Assembly: GCA_964016885.1 (NCBI GenBank)
Contig: OZ024749.1
Location: 11,718,001 to 11,782,000, forward strand
Origin: Eledone cirrhosa
Taxonomy: Eukaryota
Direction of reading: 5' to 3'
DNA length: 64,000 bases
The notes beneath the pieces were generated by a model. It saw only the letters and a program-made list of their open reading frames with translations. It searched no databases and had not been told where the DNA came from. How positions within the stretch are numbered: position 1 is the stretch's first letter; every line of letters starts with the position of its first letter. The position numbers were made by a program, and so were the translations under genes. Positions 26,625-37,599 of the stretch are shown piece by piece.

Positions 26625-27540
26625 CCTGATGGGATGACAGAGTTCTTTGAGATATTGGCTAGATAGCTCCAGAGAGAAACATTGGCTCCCTACCTTTTTA
26701 TCATTGCAGTGGACTATTGTATATGCCTTGTGTTGGAGAAACACCAAGACTCTGGCTCAGAGCAGGAGAGTTAAGGCGAAAAAGATATCAGATGCTGAAT
26801 TTGCTGATGACATAGTTCCGGTGAAAAAAACAGTGAAGGAAGCAGAGGATGTAGGAGGTGGAGACTGTCAATGAGTTTAGGGCTGAGAAAGAATGAGATT
26901 AAGACGAAGTGTCTGGTAGAGAACATTAAAAAGCCAGAGAAGATTATGAATGTAGGCGGGAAGCCGCTAGAGTTGGTTGAGGACTTCCTGTATCTGGGAG
27001 CAAAGATTGGGACACAGAGAATGATGTGGTTGAGAGGAAGAGCAAAGCCTGGGCAGTGTGTCACAGTTTGAGATCAGTGTGGAAGTCGGACCTTTGTAAA
27101 GACCTGAAGATCTGTCTCTTCGTTGCTACAGTGGAGTCTGTGCTGCTGTGACGGATCTGAGACTTGGACACTGATCAAGAAACTCACTCAGATGGTGGAT
27201 GGGAGCTACATGAGAATGCTGAGGATGACTCTGAACATTAATCAGTATACACTGAGGAAGAAGAACTCAGAGCTGTATGGAAGCCTCCCAAAAGTGACAC
27301 CGAGGAGACTGAGGTTAGTTGGACATGCTCACCGACATTCATAGTTGACACTGCACTCAGTGCTCCTGTGGGAGGCCCTGCATGGAAACACTATAAGAGG
27401 GAGACTGAGGTTGACATATGTTGATGGCCTAAGGACAGACACAGGTCTCTGGGAGACGCAGGACATAGTGGCGATGATGAAGGACACAGACTGCTGGAGA
27501 GAACTTGTCCATGGATCTTGGGAATTTTTCCCACCCTAGA
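26625..27540 (+). mobile_element. Degraded RTE-like LINE RT 3' fragment
   Basis: EFADDI, LELVEDFLYLGAKI, GSETWTLIKKLTQMVDGSYMRMLRMTLNI, RRLRLVGHAHRH; frameshifted. Confidence 0.85.
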
Positions 27541-28029
27541 TAGATAAACACACACGCAAACATACTTACACACACTCACAAAGGCAAGTACACACACACA
27601 CACACACACATATACTTAACCGGAATTTCACGAAGTTTAGATTTTACCTTTACTTCATTACTTTTCCTTATCAATATTTTCTTATAAATTTTGTGAATGG
27701 AATTATGGCGGATACATTGATGTTTTATTATCAGTTTTTATATTAATTCATTTATTTTGTTCAAGATATTTTTACCTGGATGGAAACAGCGACAGAAAGA
27801 AAGAGAGACAGAGAAAAAGCTGTGAGAGAAGGAGCTGGCAAAAAGAGAGAGAAAGAAGAGACTGTGTAAAAGGAGAAGAGAGAAAGAAAGAGAGAGTGTG
27901 AGATATAAAATGAAGGGGAGTGAGTCGAGAATTATGTTGTGATTAAATGGAAGAAAACCAGATGACACAATATGAAATATTAAACACAATATTAGAAAAA
28001 TATTTTTGTAAATAAGATTTATATACAGA

Positions 28030-28415
28030 CATCATCATCATCATCATTTTAATTCCGCTTTTCCCTGCTTGCAAGGGTGGGATGGGAACTGATTATGGCT
28101 TGATTTCTACAGCTGGATGCCCTTCCTAACACCAACCTCATTTACAGTGAGTGCTGGGTGCTTTTTTCAGTGGCGCCTACACATCCACTTTACAGAGTGC
28201 TGGGTGCTTTTTTGCCGTGACACCTCCACGACCCCTTTGCAGTGGAATGATAGGGACCCCAGTCCCTATCATCTCATTTCTACAGCTGAGTAAACTGGAG
28301 CAATGTGAAATAAAGTGTCTTGCTCAAGGAAACAACACATCACCTGGTCTGAGAATTGAACTCACAACCTTTCGATTGCAAGGCCAATGCTCTAACCACT
28401 ATGCCATGTGCCTCC
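28030..28415 (-). mobile_element. SINE, near-identical to 21452-21790, with one extra internal unit of about 46-48 bp
   Basis: Direct sequence similarity over about 340 bp. Confidence 0.85.
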
Positions 28416-28929
28416 ATATATATATATATATACATATGTTTACAGGTATATTCATATATAGACACACACACACATGTAACTATCGTCTGCCAATCAACAC
28501 AAATACTTTAACCGGAATTTCACAAAGTTTAGGTTTTAATCTTACCTTTACTTCGTTATTTTTCTTTATCAATGTTTTATTATAAAGATGTTGCAGCTTT
28601 TATTTACATTATTTTATATATAAATTAACGATTTTATTTATTATATATTATTTACACTTTGTGTGTGGGCAGGTCTTTCTGGAAATAGGTTTGGGGGTCT
28701 GAAGGTCTTAAATTGCCGTGACGTGGGTGGTGACCCAAAACACTTGAGAACCTCTGATATATGCAATCATCCTATTACAATCATCTGTTTAGATATTAAC
28801 ATAAACCTTATTATTCTAATTCTATTTTCTCTACCCTCTGTGGATGCAGTGTTGCCAGAGGCGTAACTAGGGTATGGCAAGTATCCAAAGATACTAAAAA
28901 GATTTATATTTATTTTCATCTTTTTCTAG

Positions 28930-29054
28930 ATACTGATCATTATTGAGAAAGATATTTCTGGCTTGATATTAACAATTTTAGACCAAATTATATATGGTAC
29001 AAACATGAAGGCTGAAATTCTACATTCTTCCTCTAAAGACAATAATTATTATAC
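28930..29054 (+). CDS. SHOC1: SHOC1-like visible exon 8 ([42 protein letters not shown])
   Basis: tttttctag acceptor, gtaagt donor, phase 0-2. Confidence 0.85.
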
Positions 29055-29141
29055 GTAAGTATTATTACTAACTAAATAATAATAATAATAATGATGCTTT
29101 CTTTATTAACCACAAGGGTTGACACAAAGTATAACATTAAG

Positions 29142-29290
29142 GACAACACAGGACAATACAGGACGGTACAGGATGGTACAGGACGGTACAGGACAATACA
29201 GGACGGTACAGGACAATACAGGACAGTACAGGACAATACAGGACGGTACAGGACAATACAGGACGGTACAGGACGGTACAGGACGGTACA
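29142..29290. repeat. 10-bp repeat (ggacaataca / ggacggtaca)
   Basis: Directly visible. Confidence 0.92.
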
Positions 29291-31680
29291 AATGGGCATT
29301 TCTGCGTGTAAAAAAACAAAAACGGAAGGTGTAACAAAAAAAGAAACAATGAAAAATTCCCCAATAGGGGGGAGACTTCCGAGGGACATTCGTGGAGAAA
29401 GCCCATTAAAAAAGCCACGGTGACCCTGACCACCAGGGCAAGTGCCCTCTCCCAGTTTTCGACCTTCAATTTACAGACGCATACTCAGAGTAGGCCCATT
29501 CACTTGGGCCATGCTTGCATCTCTCACCATTTTTTCAACAAAATGCTGGGAAGAGAGCCACAAGGGCTAACATGAAGAAAAACATTCCAGACGGCACAGA
29601 ATGGTGCAGGATGATACAAAGTGGGTTTTGGCCATGTAAAAAAAGGTTATAAACAAAAAGATGGAAATATCAAAAAAAAATTCAAACAACAAAAATTCCC
29701 CAATAGAGGGGAAACTTCCGAGGGTCACTCGTGGCGAAAACCACACAAAAGACCACAGCCACCCTGACCACCAGAGCAAGCACCCTCTCTCAGTTTTCCT
29801 ACTCCTCAGTCTACAGGTACATACTCAGAGCGGACCATACTCACTCGGACCAGACTCGCTACTTTCACCCACCTTTCAATAAACTTACTAGAAGACAGCA
29901 CTTGCCTCTCCACCCTGATTTTCCTCTTCAAGTGAAATTTGAAAAAGTTAATCAGGGATTGGCTGGAGAGGAAAGTGTCCATCTTCAACCCTTTCAATGT
30001 ACTTTTCCCCAGCTCATCTCCTTGATGGATCTGCAGTCCTGGATCAGGAAAAGACCGAAGGATAGCGCTTGGAAGCTGGACTGTCTCCAAGCGCTCAGTG
30101 CCCTCTACCAGCTAGGCACTAGTATCGGTGGAACATCCACCTCTGCGTTCTATAGAGGGCTAGTGGAGGGGAAGAGTGGGAGACCCTGGGCATCGAAGAC
30201 GATCAGCTGTTCGCTCTCCTTGAGAGAACTTTCAGCACGGGGCTATGTCGAACAGTTGCTGTCGCATGTAGAACGGATCCGGTTATCAACTGAGTGCACC
30301 ACAATCTCTTTTGCCATGGCCACCAGGCAGATGAAAACTGCCTGCCCTTCCTCCTCTTTAAAGGAGGATGGCGGGGCTATCTGCACAATGGACTCAGTTG
30401 ATAACCGGATCCGTTCTACATGCGACAGCAACTGTTCGACATAGCCCCGTGCTGAAAGTTCTCTCAAGGAGAGCGAACAGCTGATCGTCTTCGATGCCCA
30501 GGGTCTCCCACTCTTCCCCTCCACTAGCCCTCTATAGAACGCAGAGGTGGATGTTCCACCGATACTAGTGCCTAGCTGGTAGAGGGCACTGAGCGCTTGG
30601 AGACAGTCCAGCTTCCAAGCGCTATCCTTCGGTCTTTTCCTGATCCAGGACTGCAGATCCATCAAGGAGATGAGCTGGGGAAAAGTACATCTGGCAAACG
30701 GTGACCACATCTGTTCACTGTTGAGGAAGCACCAGAGATGTCACAGCTTCAGCGCATGTTTGCGCATCATCAGCCACGGCATGCCTAGACCTCCTTGCAA
30801 TGGGTGCTGACAGCAGATGGATTGTCTGACCAAGGGAGCATGTCCCCGAACCAGACCCCTAGCAATTTAACCAGTCCTTCCATCCAGCACCCCACGACGC
30901 TGTCAGACGGCATGGCTTGCCTCTCCAGGTACCGAGCTGCAAGCCCACTGACTTTTCTTGGTTTAACTTTACTCCTGTCACTGCTTCATATTCCTTGAGA
31001 GCGGTGCCGAGCATCTGGACATCTCCGGTGCTTGACACCACCACGGTGACGTCGTCGGCATAAGTCGATACGGATCTCCCACATCCCAGTTCATGTGGGA
31101 TGCCTCTCATCACCACCAATTTGTGCAGTAACGGCTTGAGGGCCAATATGTTTAAGAGCGACGAGAGGGGACAACCCTGGCTGACCGAGCGCATGATGCT
31201 GAATGACTGTGACAGATGACCGTTCACCCTCACAACTGAGCAGATGTCCCTATGCATTGCAGTGATCCAACCCCTGAAAATGGGCCCAAAACCAGCTGCC
31301 TCGAGGATCGCCGCCAAGTATCGATGGTCAACCCTATCAAATGCCTTAGATTGATCCAAGTTGATCAGGGCCCCGCCCGTACCAGATTCTTTAACCACCC
31401 TCTCATCAGCCATGACATTCCCAGCCCTCCACATAGCGGGTGTTGACAGCAAATCGACTGCGTGACCATCGGAACGCGTCCCTTCCACAAAAAGCAAAAG
31501 ACCAAATGCTCCAACGCAGTCAGGCGAGGCTTAGGACAAGGCATGGCGGTCAGGTGATAGTAGATGATGGACGCGATGTACACGATCACCACCTCCGCTC
31601 GACCTTTCAGGGATAGCGTTCACTCTTACCACAGAGCAGATGTTATGGCAGTGATCCAGCCTCTTAAGACGGGCCCACAA
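29290..31680 (-). mobile_element. Rearranged L1/Tx1-clade LINE fragments (at least two diverged copies) with internal inverted duplication
   Basis: ORF 30859..31497 has LINLDQSKAFDRVDH, VSQGCPLSSLL, YADDVTV, YEAVTGVKLNQEKS; FCFLWKGR and GGLGM thumb motifs; duplicated 3' ends. Confidence 0.85.
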
Positions 31681-31689
31681 CAACAAACA

Positions 31690-31900
31690 AGAAAGATCAG
31701 AGCCTTGGTGGAAGAAACGACTGAATGGCCAAATCAAGGAAATGAGAAAAGACATTGGAAAACTTGTGTCTTTGCTGAATGGGACATTACAAAACATAGA
31801 CACTAAAGATAGATTGAAAATAAAATATAAAACTAAGGGAAAAGCACTGTGTTATCATAGAGGAACTGAAGCAACGCATTGTAGCAAAAGGTGCAAGCTA
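31690..31900 (+). mobile_element. Short R4/R2-like non-LTR retrotransposon N-terminal fragment
   Basis: PWWKKRLNGQIKEMRKDIGKL and, after a frameshift, IEELKQRIVAKGA. Confidence 0.55.
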
Positions 31901-33010
31901 GCTGATAAACAGCGTGATTTTTGCCCCGGATGCAGCGCAACGATGCAAATATTCACACTGCGGCAGGTCTTTGAGAAATTGTGGGAATGTTGCCAAGTAG
32001 CATATTCTTGTTTTGTTGACCTTGAAAAGGCATATGACTGCAGATATGAAATGTTATGCAGGAGTATGGGATCAATGGTCAGCTTCTTGTTGCCCTGATG
32101 TCTATACGAATGTCCAAGTATTTGTGTTTAGATAAATGGTGCTAAATCGAAACCATTCAATGTGGGAGTTAGACTCCACCAAGTGTTCACATTGTCATCT
32201 CTCCTGTTCATTATTTTCATGAACAGGATTGACATGTGCAACCAGGTTGCAAATGGTATCATCACTGATGAGTGTAAAATCAATTGACTGGAATTTGCAG
32301 AAAATATAGTATTACTTAACTCAGTTCAAATCCCGCCGAGGTTAACTTTGCCTTTCATCTTTACGGGGGTCGATAAAATAAAGTACCAGTAATGCAATGG
32401 GTAATTGCTGCCCTTGCGCCAAATGTAGAAACAATTACTTAACTCAGCAGAAGATGATCTTCGACTTGCACTTGATAGGTTTGATGTTGAGTGTTGCATG
32501 GCTGGAATGAAGATCAATGCTGTGAAAACTCAGACACTCGTCCTCTCAAGGAAACCTGCGCAGTGCACTCTACATGTGAATGGAGTTCCACTGAAGCGAG
32601 TGATGGAAGGCAAGAGGCTGAATTAAGTACAAGAATTTCAGGAGTTGGTGCAGTAATGCTTCAACATTCAATAATCAGATGAAGGGAGGTAGGCTTGGAT
32701 GTCAAACTCGATATCTTCAATTCGGTATTTGTGCCAACCCTTATTTTGGGTAATGACTGAAAGAATACGATTGCAAATACAAGCAGCCGAAATGGGGTCC
32801 CTTCAAAGGGTCTTTGGAGTAATATTACTGCACAGAGTGTGTAGCTCAGATATCAGGGTGTCACTTCAGATAGAGCTGCTACTTCTCTGGATTGAGAGAG
32901 CAGAGCTCCGATACTACGGGCATGTGGTTAGAATGTCTCAGGAAAGAATTGTTGGACAGATTCTACAGACAAAACCAACTGACAGGAGACCCAGTGGGAA
33001 AAGAAGAATG
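31900..33010 (+). mobile_element. Degraded RTE/BovB-like LINE RT fragment interrupted by a SINE
   Basis: QIFTLRQVFEKLWE...CFVDLEKAYD; RLQIQAAEMG...LRYYGHVVRMSQERI. Confidence 0.85.
32325..32433 (+). mobile_element. 5'-truncated SINE with 14-bp target-site duplication
   Basis: TSD attacttaactcag at 32311-32324 and 32434-32447. Confidence 0.85.
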
Positions 33011-33382
33011 GTTTTAGATAAATATAAACACTTTAAAACAAATAGTTTTGTATCATAGATTCAGGGCTGGTTCAGGGGGATTGATATAAAAAAGAGGGTT
33101 TAGACAATAATGAAAAGAAGTTGGGAGTGGAGGAGGAAGGTTAAGAATTTTTCTGAAATATGGTTTTAACAGATCTTCTACGATATTCATAGCTGATGTT
33201 TGGAATATAACTTAGCGAGATTCTTACATAAAATTATGATGGAATATAAATTTAAAAACAAGCAGTTTTGTATGATAGAATGAGGGTGGTTTCAGGTAGT
33301 TTGGTATCAAAAGGGTTATATCAATATTGAAAGAGAAACAAGGAGACAATACAATGTGACACTTAATTTTATTTCATTTTAG

Positions 33383-33582
33383 ATTGCGAAATACAAACAG
33401 TGATATCATCATTATAGAACAACATTTGATATCACAGGAATTCCCATGGCATATCTTTTCTTTAACAATTCAATATGAATACAACAGAAGTTCCAATGAT
33501 TTCTTCAAAATATGTCAACTACACAATATTACCTTTTTTGCTCTCCAAATAACTCAGGAGAGGGAATTAAAGAAGACCAATG
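33383..33582 (+). CDS. SHOC1: SHOC1-like visible exon 9 ([66 protein letters not shown])
   Basis: tttcattttag acceptor, TG|gtaagt donor, phase 2-1; FPW..FS..I.Y resembles recalled SHOC1 DFPWSNFSFVVEY. Confidence 0.9.
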
Positions 33583-33768
33583 GTAAGTTAAGACAATGGT
33601 AAGTTAGGGCAGTGGTAGGTTAAGACAATGGTAAGTTAGGGCAATGGTAAGTTAAGGTAGTCATAAAGTAAGACAATGGTAGGTTAAGACAGTGGTAAGT
33701 TAAGACAATGGTAAGTTAAGATAATGGTAGCTTAAAACTGGTAAGTTAAGACAGTGGTAAGTTAAGAT
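33575..33768 (+). repeat. 16-bp tandem repeat of the exon 9 splice donor (aagacaatg|gtaagtt), about 11-12 copies
   Basis: GT at 33583, 33599, 33615, 33631, 33647, 33679, 33695, 33711 and further. Confidence 0.9.
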
Positions 33769-33802
33769 AAATTGTGAATAAATTAACATATGTATAGTTA
33801 AC

Positions 33803-33951
33803 AAACATACCATGAACATCACTATAGGACACCAAACATACCATGAACATCACTATAGGACACCAAACATACCATCAACATCACTATAGGACACCAAACA
33901 TACCATCAACATCACTATAAGACACCAAACATACCATCAACCGCACTATAG
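33803..33951. repeat. 31-bp minisatellite, about 5 copies
   Basis: Unit aaacataccatgaacatcactataggacacc. Confidence 0.9.
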
Positions 33952-34305
33952 GAGACAAGGGCTAACTCTTAACATCCTCTACAACATTATTAAGATAGTA
34001 TTTCGAACAACTTCGAAATACTAACAGGTTTTGTGGCACTAGCACTACCATTTTACAGAATACCCTCTGTAAGGTGGTCGTACTGGTACCATGATGAAGG
34101 GTACCAAGTAAACCCTATCAGGTGGTAATGTTGTAGTTACAATAAATTTCTCAGAGTACACACTGTAAAGTGGTTGGTGTTAGGAAGACCATTCAGCTAC
34201 ATAAACCAGATATATAAGCAAGATATGATCCCCTAGCTAGTCATACCTCAGTATGTGACAAACCATCTAACACATGCAAGCATGGAAAATAAATGTTAAA
34301 TAGTG

Positions 34306-34750
34306 ATCATCATCATCATCATCATTTTACGTCTGCTTTTCCCTGCTTGCAAGGGTTGGATGGGTCCTATTCAGCGCAGCATCTCTCCACTTGTCACGGT
34401 CCTTTGTCATCTCCGTGAGTTTCAGCGATCTGAGGTCTGCTCTCACCACCTCCGCCCATGTTTTTCGTGGTCTACCTCTACTGCGTCTTCCCTCTACTGG
34501 GACTTCCTGGCACTTCTTCACCCATAAGTCATCCTCCATGCGCATCACATGTCCATACCATCTCAGCCTTCTCTCCTGTACACCACAGCTTATCCCTCTT
34601 ATACCCAGTTTCTTTCTCAACTCGTCTATGTTTGGTCGTTCACGCACATTGACATTGCACATCCAACGGAGCATACTTGCTTCATTTATCTCCAGCCGTC
34701 GCATATCTTCTGCAGTTGCTGCCCATGTCTCACTACCATGCAGCATCGCA
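34306..34750 (-). mobile_element. 3' fragment of the same RTE family as 19868-21125
   Basis: ORF 34327..34746 MLHGSETWA...RRLRWYGHVMRM...RGRPRKTW; (atg)n tail. Confidence 0.9.
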
Positions 34751-34819
34751 TGATGATGATGATAAATAGTTTAAAATAAAGAGGAGCAGTTTCAGGAAGT
34801 GTAGTACAAAAAGGGTCAA

Positions 34820-35095
34820 TGGTTTAGTAAGGAAGAGAAGTTCCACCCTTCCATCTGTGATGGTTTCGTAAGGAAGAGAAGTTCCTCCCTTCCATCTGTG
34901 ATGGTTTATTAAGGAAGAGAAGTTCCACCCTTCCACCTGTGATGGTTTAGTAAGGAAGAGAAGTTCCACCCTTCCATCTGTAATGGTTTAATAAGGAAGA
35001 GAAGTTCCACCCTTCCACCTGTGATGGTTTAGTAAGGAAGAGAAGTTCCACCCTTCCATCTGTGATGGTTTATTAAGGAAGGGAAGTTTCACCCG
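34820..35095. repeat. 41-bp minisatellite, about 7 copies
   Basis: Unit tggtttagtaaggaagagaagttccacccttccatctgtga. Confidence 0.92.
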
Positions 35096-35139
35096 TGACT
35101 GGTGGAAAATTAATATTATTAACTTCTATTTATCCCCAG

Positions 35140-35251
35140 CCTTGCCTGCGTTCTCTGAGAAGAATCCTGGCTTGAGCAATATAACCATCAAAATCATTAT
35201 TTCTGAAAGTCTTACAGTTAACAAACAACTATTGCAGTTATTGGAAACAAG
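35140..35251 (+). CDS. SHOC1: SHOC1-like visible exon 10 ([38 protein letters not shown])
   Basis: tatccccag acceptor, AG|gtaagt donor, phase 1-2; resembles recalled SHOC1 ASEGLLNTPDILQLLESNYNI. Confidence 0.88.
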
Positions 35252-35316
35252 GTAAGTAGTTAGCAATATAAACAGTAATAAATGTGGGAATTGTTAAAAT
35301 GTTGCATAGAATGCTT

Positions 35317-35480
35317 TGTGGTATTCCAGTTCTCTATGGTATTCCAGTTCTCTGTGGTATTCCAGTTCACTGTGGTATTCCAGTTCTCTATGGTATTCCA
35401 GTTCTCTGTGGTATTCCAGTTCTCTATGGTATTCCAGTTCTCTATGGTATTCCAGTTCTCTATGGTATTCCAGTTCTCTG
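35317..35480. repeat. 18-bp minisatellite, about 9 copies
   Basis: Unit tggtattccagttctc(t/c)(a/g). Confidence 0.92.
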
Positions 35481-36230
35481 TGTTTTCTGAATTCAAAACC
35501 CACTGAAGTCAACTTTGCCATTCATTCTTTCAAGATCAATAAAAAACAAATTACCAGTCACTTATGATTGCAGAGCAAACTTCTTAACAATTTAACTATG
35601 TTGTGTCCACCTGATCATGTTAATATGTGTAATGCATGTAAGAATTATCAACACATTGGAGTGGGTGCTTTGTGGTATCTATTTCATGTCTATGCATTGT
35701 GAATTCAAATTCCACTTCCTGTTATTGTGGAAAAAGTTGCTCCAACCAGGAGTTGTGATCAACAGATAGTATCAACAATAGAAAGATGAATTTCTTTGGT
35801 CTGAGCTCAGGATTGGCTTCTTTCCTTTTTTTTAATATGTTATATTGTAAATGTGGTTGGTGTTGAGAAGGGCATCCGGCCATAGAAACCAAGCCAGAAG
35901 TAGTTCTGTATGAGCAAGACATGGTCACCTGATCTGACTTGTCTTACAGGGGAACAACTCATCTGACCTATGTTAGTGTGGAGAAATGGACATTAAACAA
36001 TGATGATGATGACTAAATGTTCTTTTTGAGGCGATGTTTTAAGACTGGATATCCTTCCTGGTACCAAACCTTTTAGTTACCTTTTACAACATGAAAGGAT
36101 ATGGTGTATCTATTCTAAACCTGATACACATACTATACTGTTGTGTGTTGTATTTTCTATAAATATAAATAATATTTTTTTCTTATAATAATCCATACTT
36201 TTTTGTTATTGATTTTTTTTTTATAACCAG

Positions 36231-36458
36231 ATATAATATTGTAACCATTGGCGTGATGTTTGAACAGATTTTACCATCTAAAATATTTCAATTTGTTGAT
36301 ATTATTGTTGATGAAAAGAATTCAATTGTATTTTGTACTACATCTCATCTGGAAGAGAAAGCTTTATTAGTCTTAGTATTTCGACTGATGGGTATCAGTT
36401 TGAAATATTCCACATGTTATGTACTTATCACAATTTCACCTGATTCTACAGAAAGTTT
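36231..36458 (+). CDS. SHOC1: SHOC1-like visible exon 11, XPF/ERCC4-like domain ([12 protein letters not shown]...[12 protein letters not shown]...[16 protein letters not shown]...ESL)
   Basis: Long T tract plus ccag acceptor, gtaagt donor, phase 2-2; IIVDE and LSLKYSxCxVI are SHOC1-like. Confidence 0.9.
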
Positions 36459-36544
36459 GTAAGTGTTAACATTCAATGTCTTTTTTCTTTCTTTCATATT
36501 TTTGGTTGTTTGTGTTTATCTTTTTCAATATAGGGTGCTGTATT

Positions 36545-36965
36545 GGGATAATTGGTAGAGTTTCAGATAAAATTCCATTGCAGTATTTCGGCTCTTTAAT
36601 TCGGAATTCAAATTCTGCCATGGTTAACTTTGCCTTTCATCCTTCTAGGATTGATAAAATAATGTACCAGTCATGTACTGGGGTTGATTTACTCAACTTT
36701 GCTCTTCCCACCAAATATGCTGGCCTGGTGCCTTAATTAGAAATCAATATAGCTAGTGAATTGAAATTTGCCTTTCATCTATATTCGATCAATAAAGTTG
36801 AGGGACAGTGGATTGACGGAATTGTTAAACAGGACATCCCCTAGTATCTAATCTGGCTCTTTATATTCTGAGTTCAAATCCCACTGAGATCAACTTTGCC
36901 TTTCATCTTTCCAAGGTCAATAAAATAAAGTACTGGCATTGATTTAATCAACTTTGCCCTTCCTC
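36545..36965 (+). mobile_element. Two degraded SINE copies
   Basis: ttcaaat...aactttgcctttcatc...aaaataa core occurs twice. Confidence 0.7.
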
Positions 36966-37030
36966 CAAATTTATATATATAAACTTTATATATGTGGAAA
37001 CTTTAACTTTATTTTCCTCAAATGTTTTAG

Positions 37031-37109
37031 GAATTCTGCTATCAAGAACATTTCTAAATTGCTGGCTTCTCTGACCAATTTCAACATCAATGGAGAATGT
37101 ATGTTTAAG
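37031..37109 (+). CDS. SHOC1: SHOC1-like visible exon 12 ([26 protein letters not shown])
   Basis: ttttag acceptor, AAG|gtaaga donor, phase 2-0. Confidence 0.85.
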
Positions 37110-37204
37110 GTAAGAGTTTATATAAATAAATAAACAAAATTTGTTTTCAGTCTAACATGGTGGAAACCTAAATGTATTCGTGAGTGAATAATAATATTAT
37201 AATA

Positions 37205-37570
37205 ATTGTTTCTAGTTTTGGCACAAGGCCAGCCATTACCCCAATGCATTACTGGTACTTTATTTTATCAACCCTGTAAGGATGAAAGGCAAAGTTAACC
37301 TCAGCGGGATTTGAACTCAGAGCATAAAGGGCCGTAACTCTATGCTGCAAAGCATGGTGTCCGACTCTCTACCGATACTGCCAATCCACCGCCTATAATA
37401 ATTGTTTCTACTTTTGGCACAAGGCCAGCAATTACTCAGTACATATTTTATTGACCCCGTAAGGATGAAAGGCAAACTTAACCTCGACGGGATTTGAACT
37501 CGGAATGGAAAGGGCCGTAACTATACGTCAAAGTATGGCATCCGACACTCTACCGATTCTGCCAATCTAT
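37205..37570 (-). mobile_element. Two tandem SINE copies
   Basis: Reverse complement of the family at 25670 and 40565. Confidence 0.8.
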
Positions 37571-37599
37571 CAATATTGTTTTTTTTTGCAAGCAAACAG

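Noticed and set aside
26158-26666. His-, Ser- or Met-rich ORFs
   Set aside because: (cat)n microsatellite read-through after the exon 7 donor; only 26306-26442 is exonic
29731-30710. Two opposing genes with identical peptide
   Set aside because: Product of the inverted duplication within a dead Tx1-like LINE
36455-36456. Alternative donor gtttgt for exon 11
   Set aside because: Wrong phase for the next exon; gtaagt at 36459 is consensus and in phase
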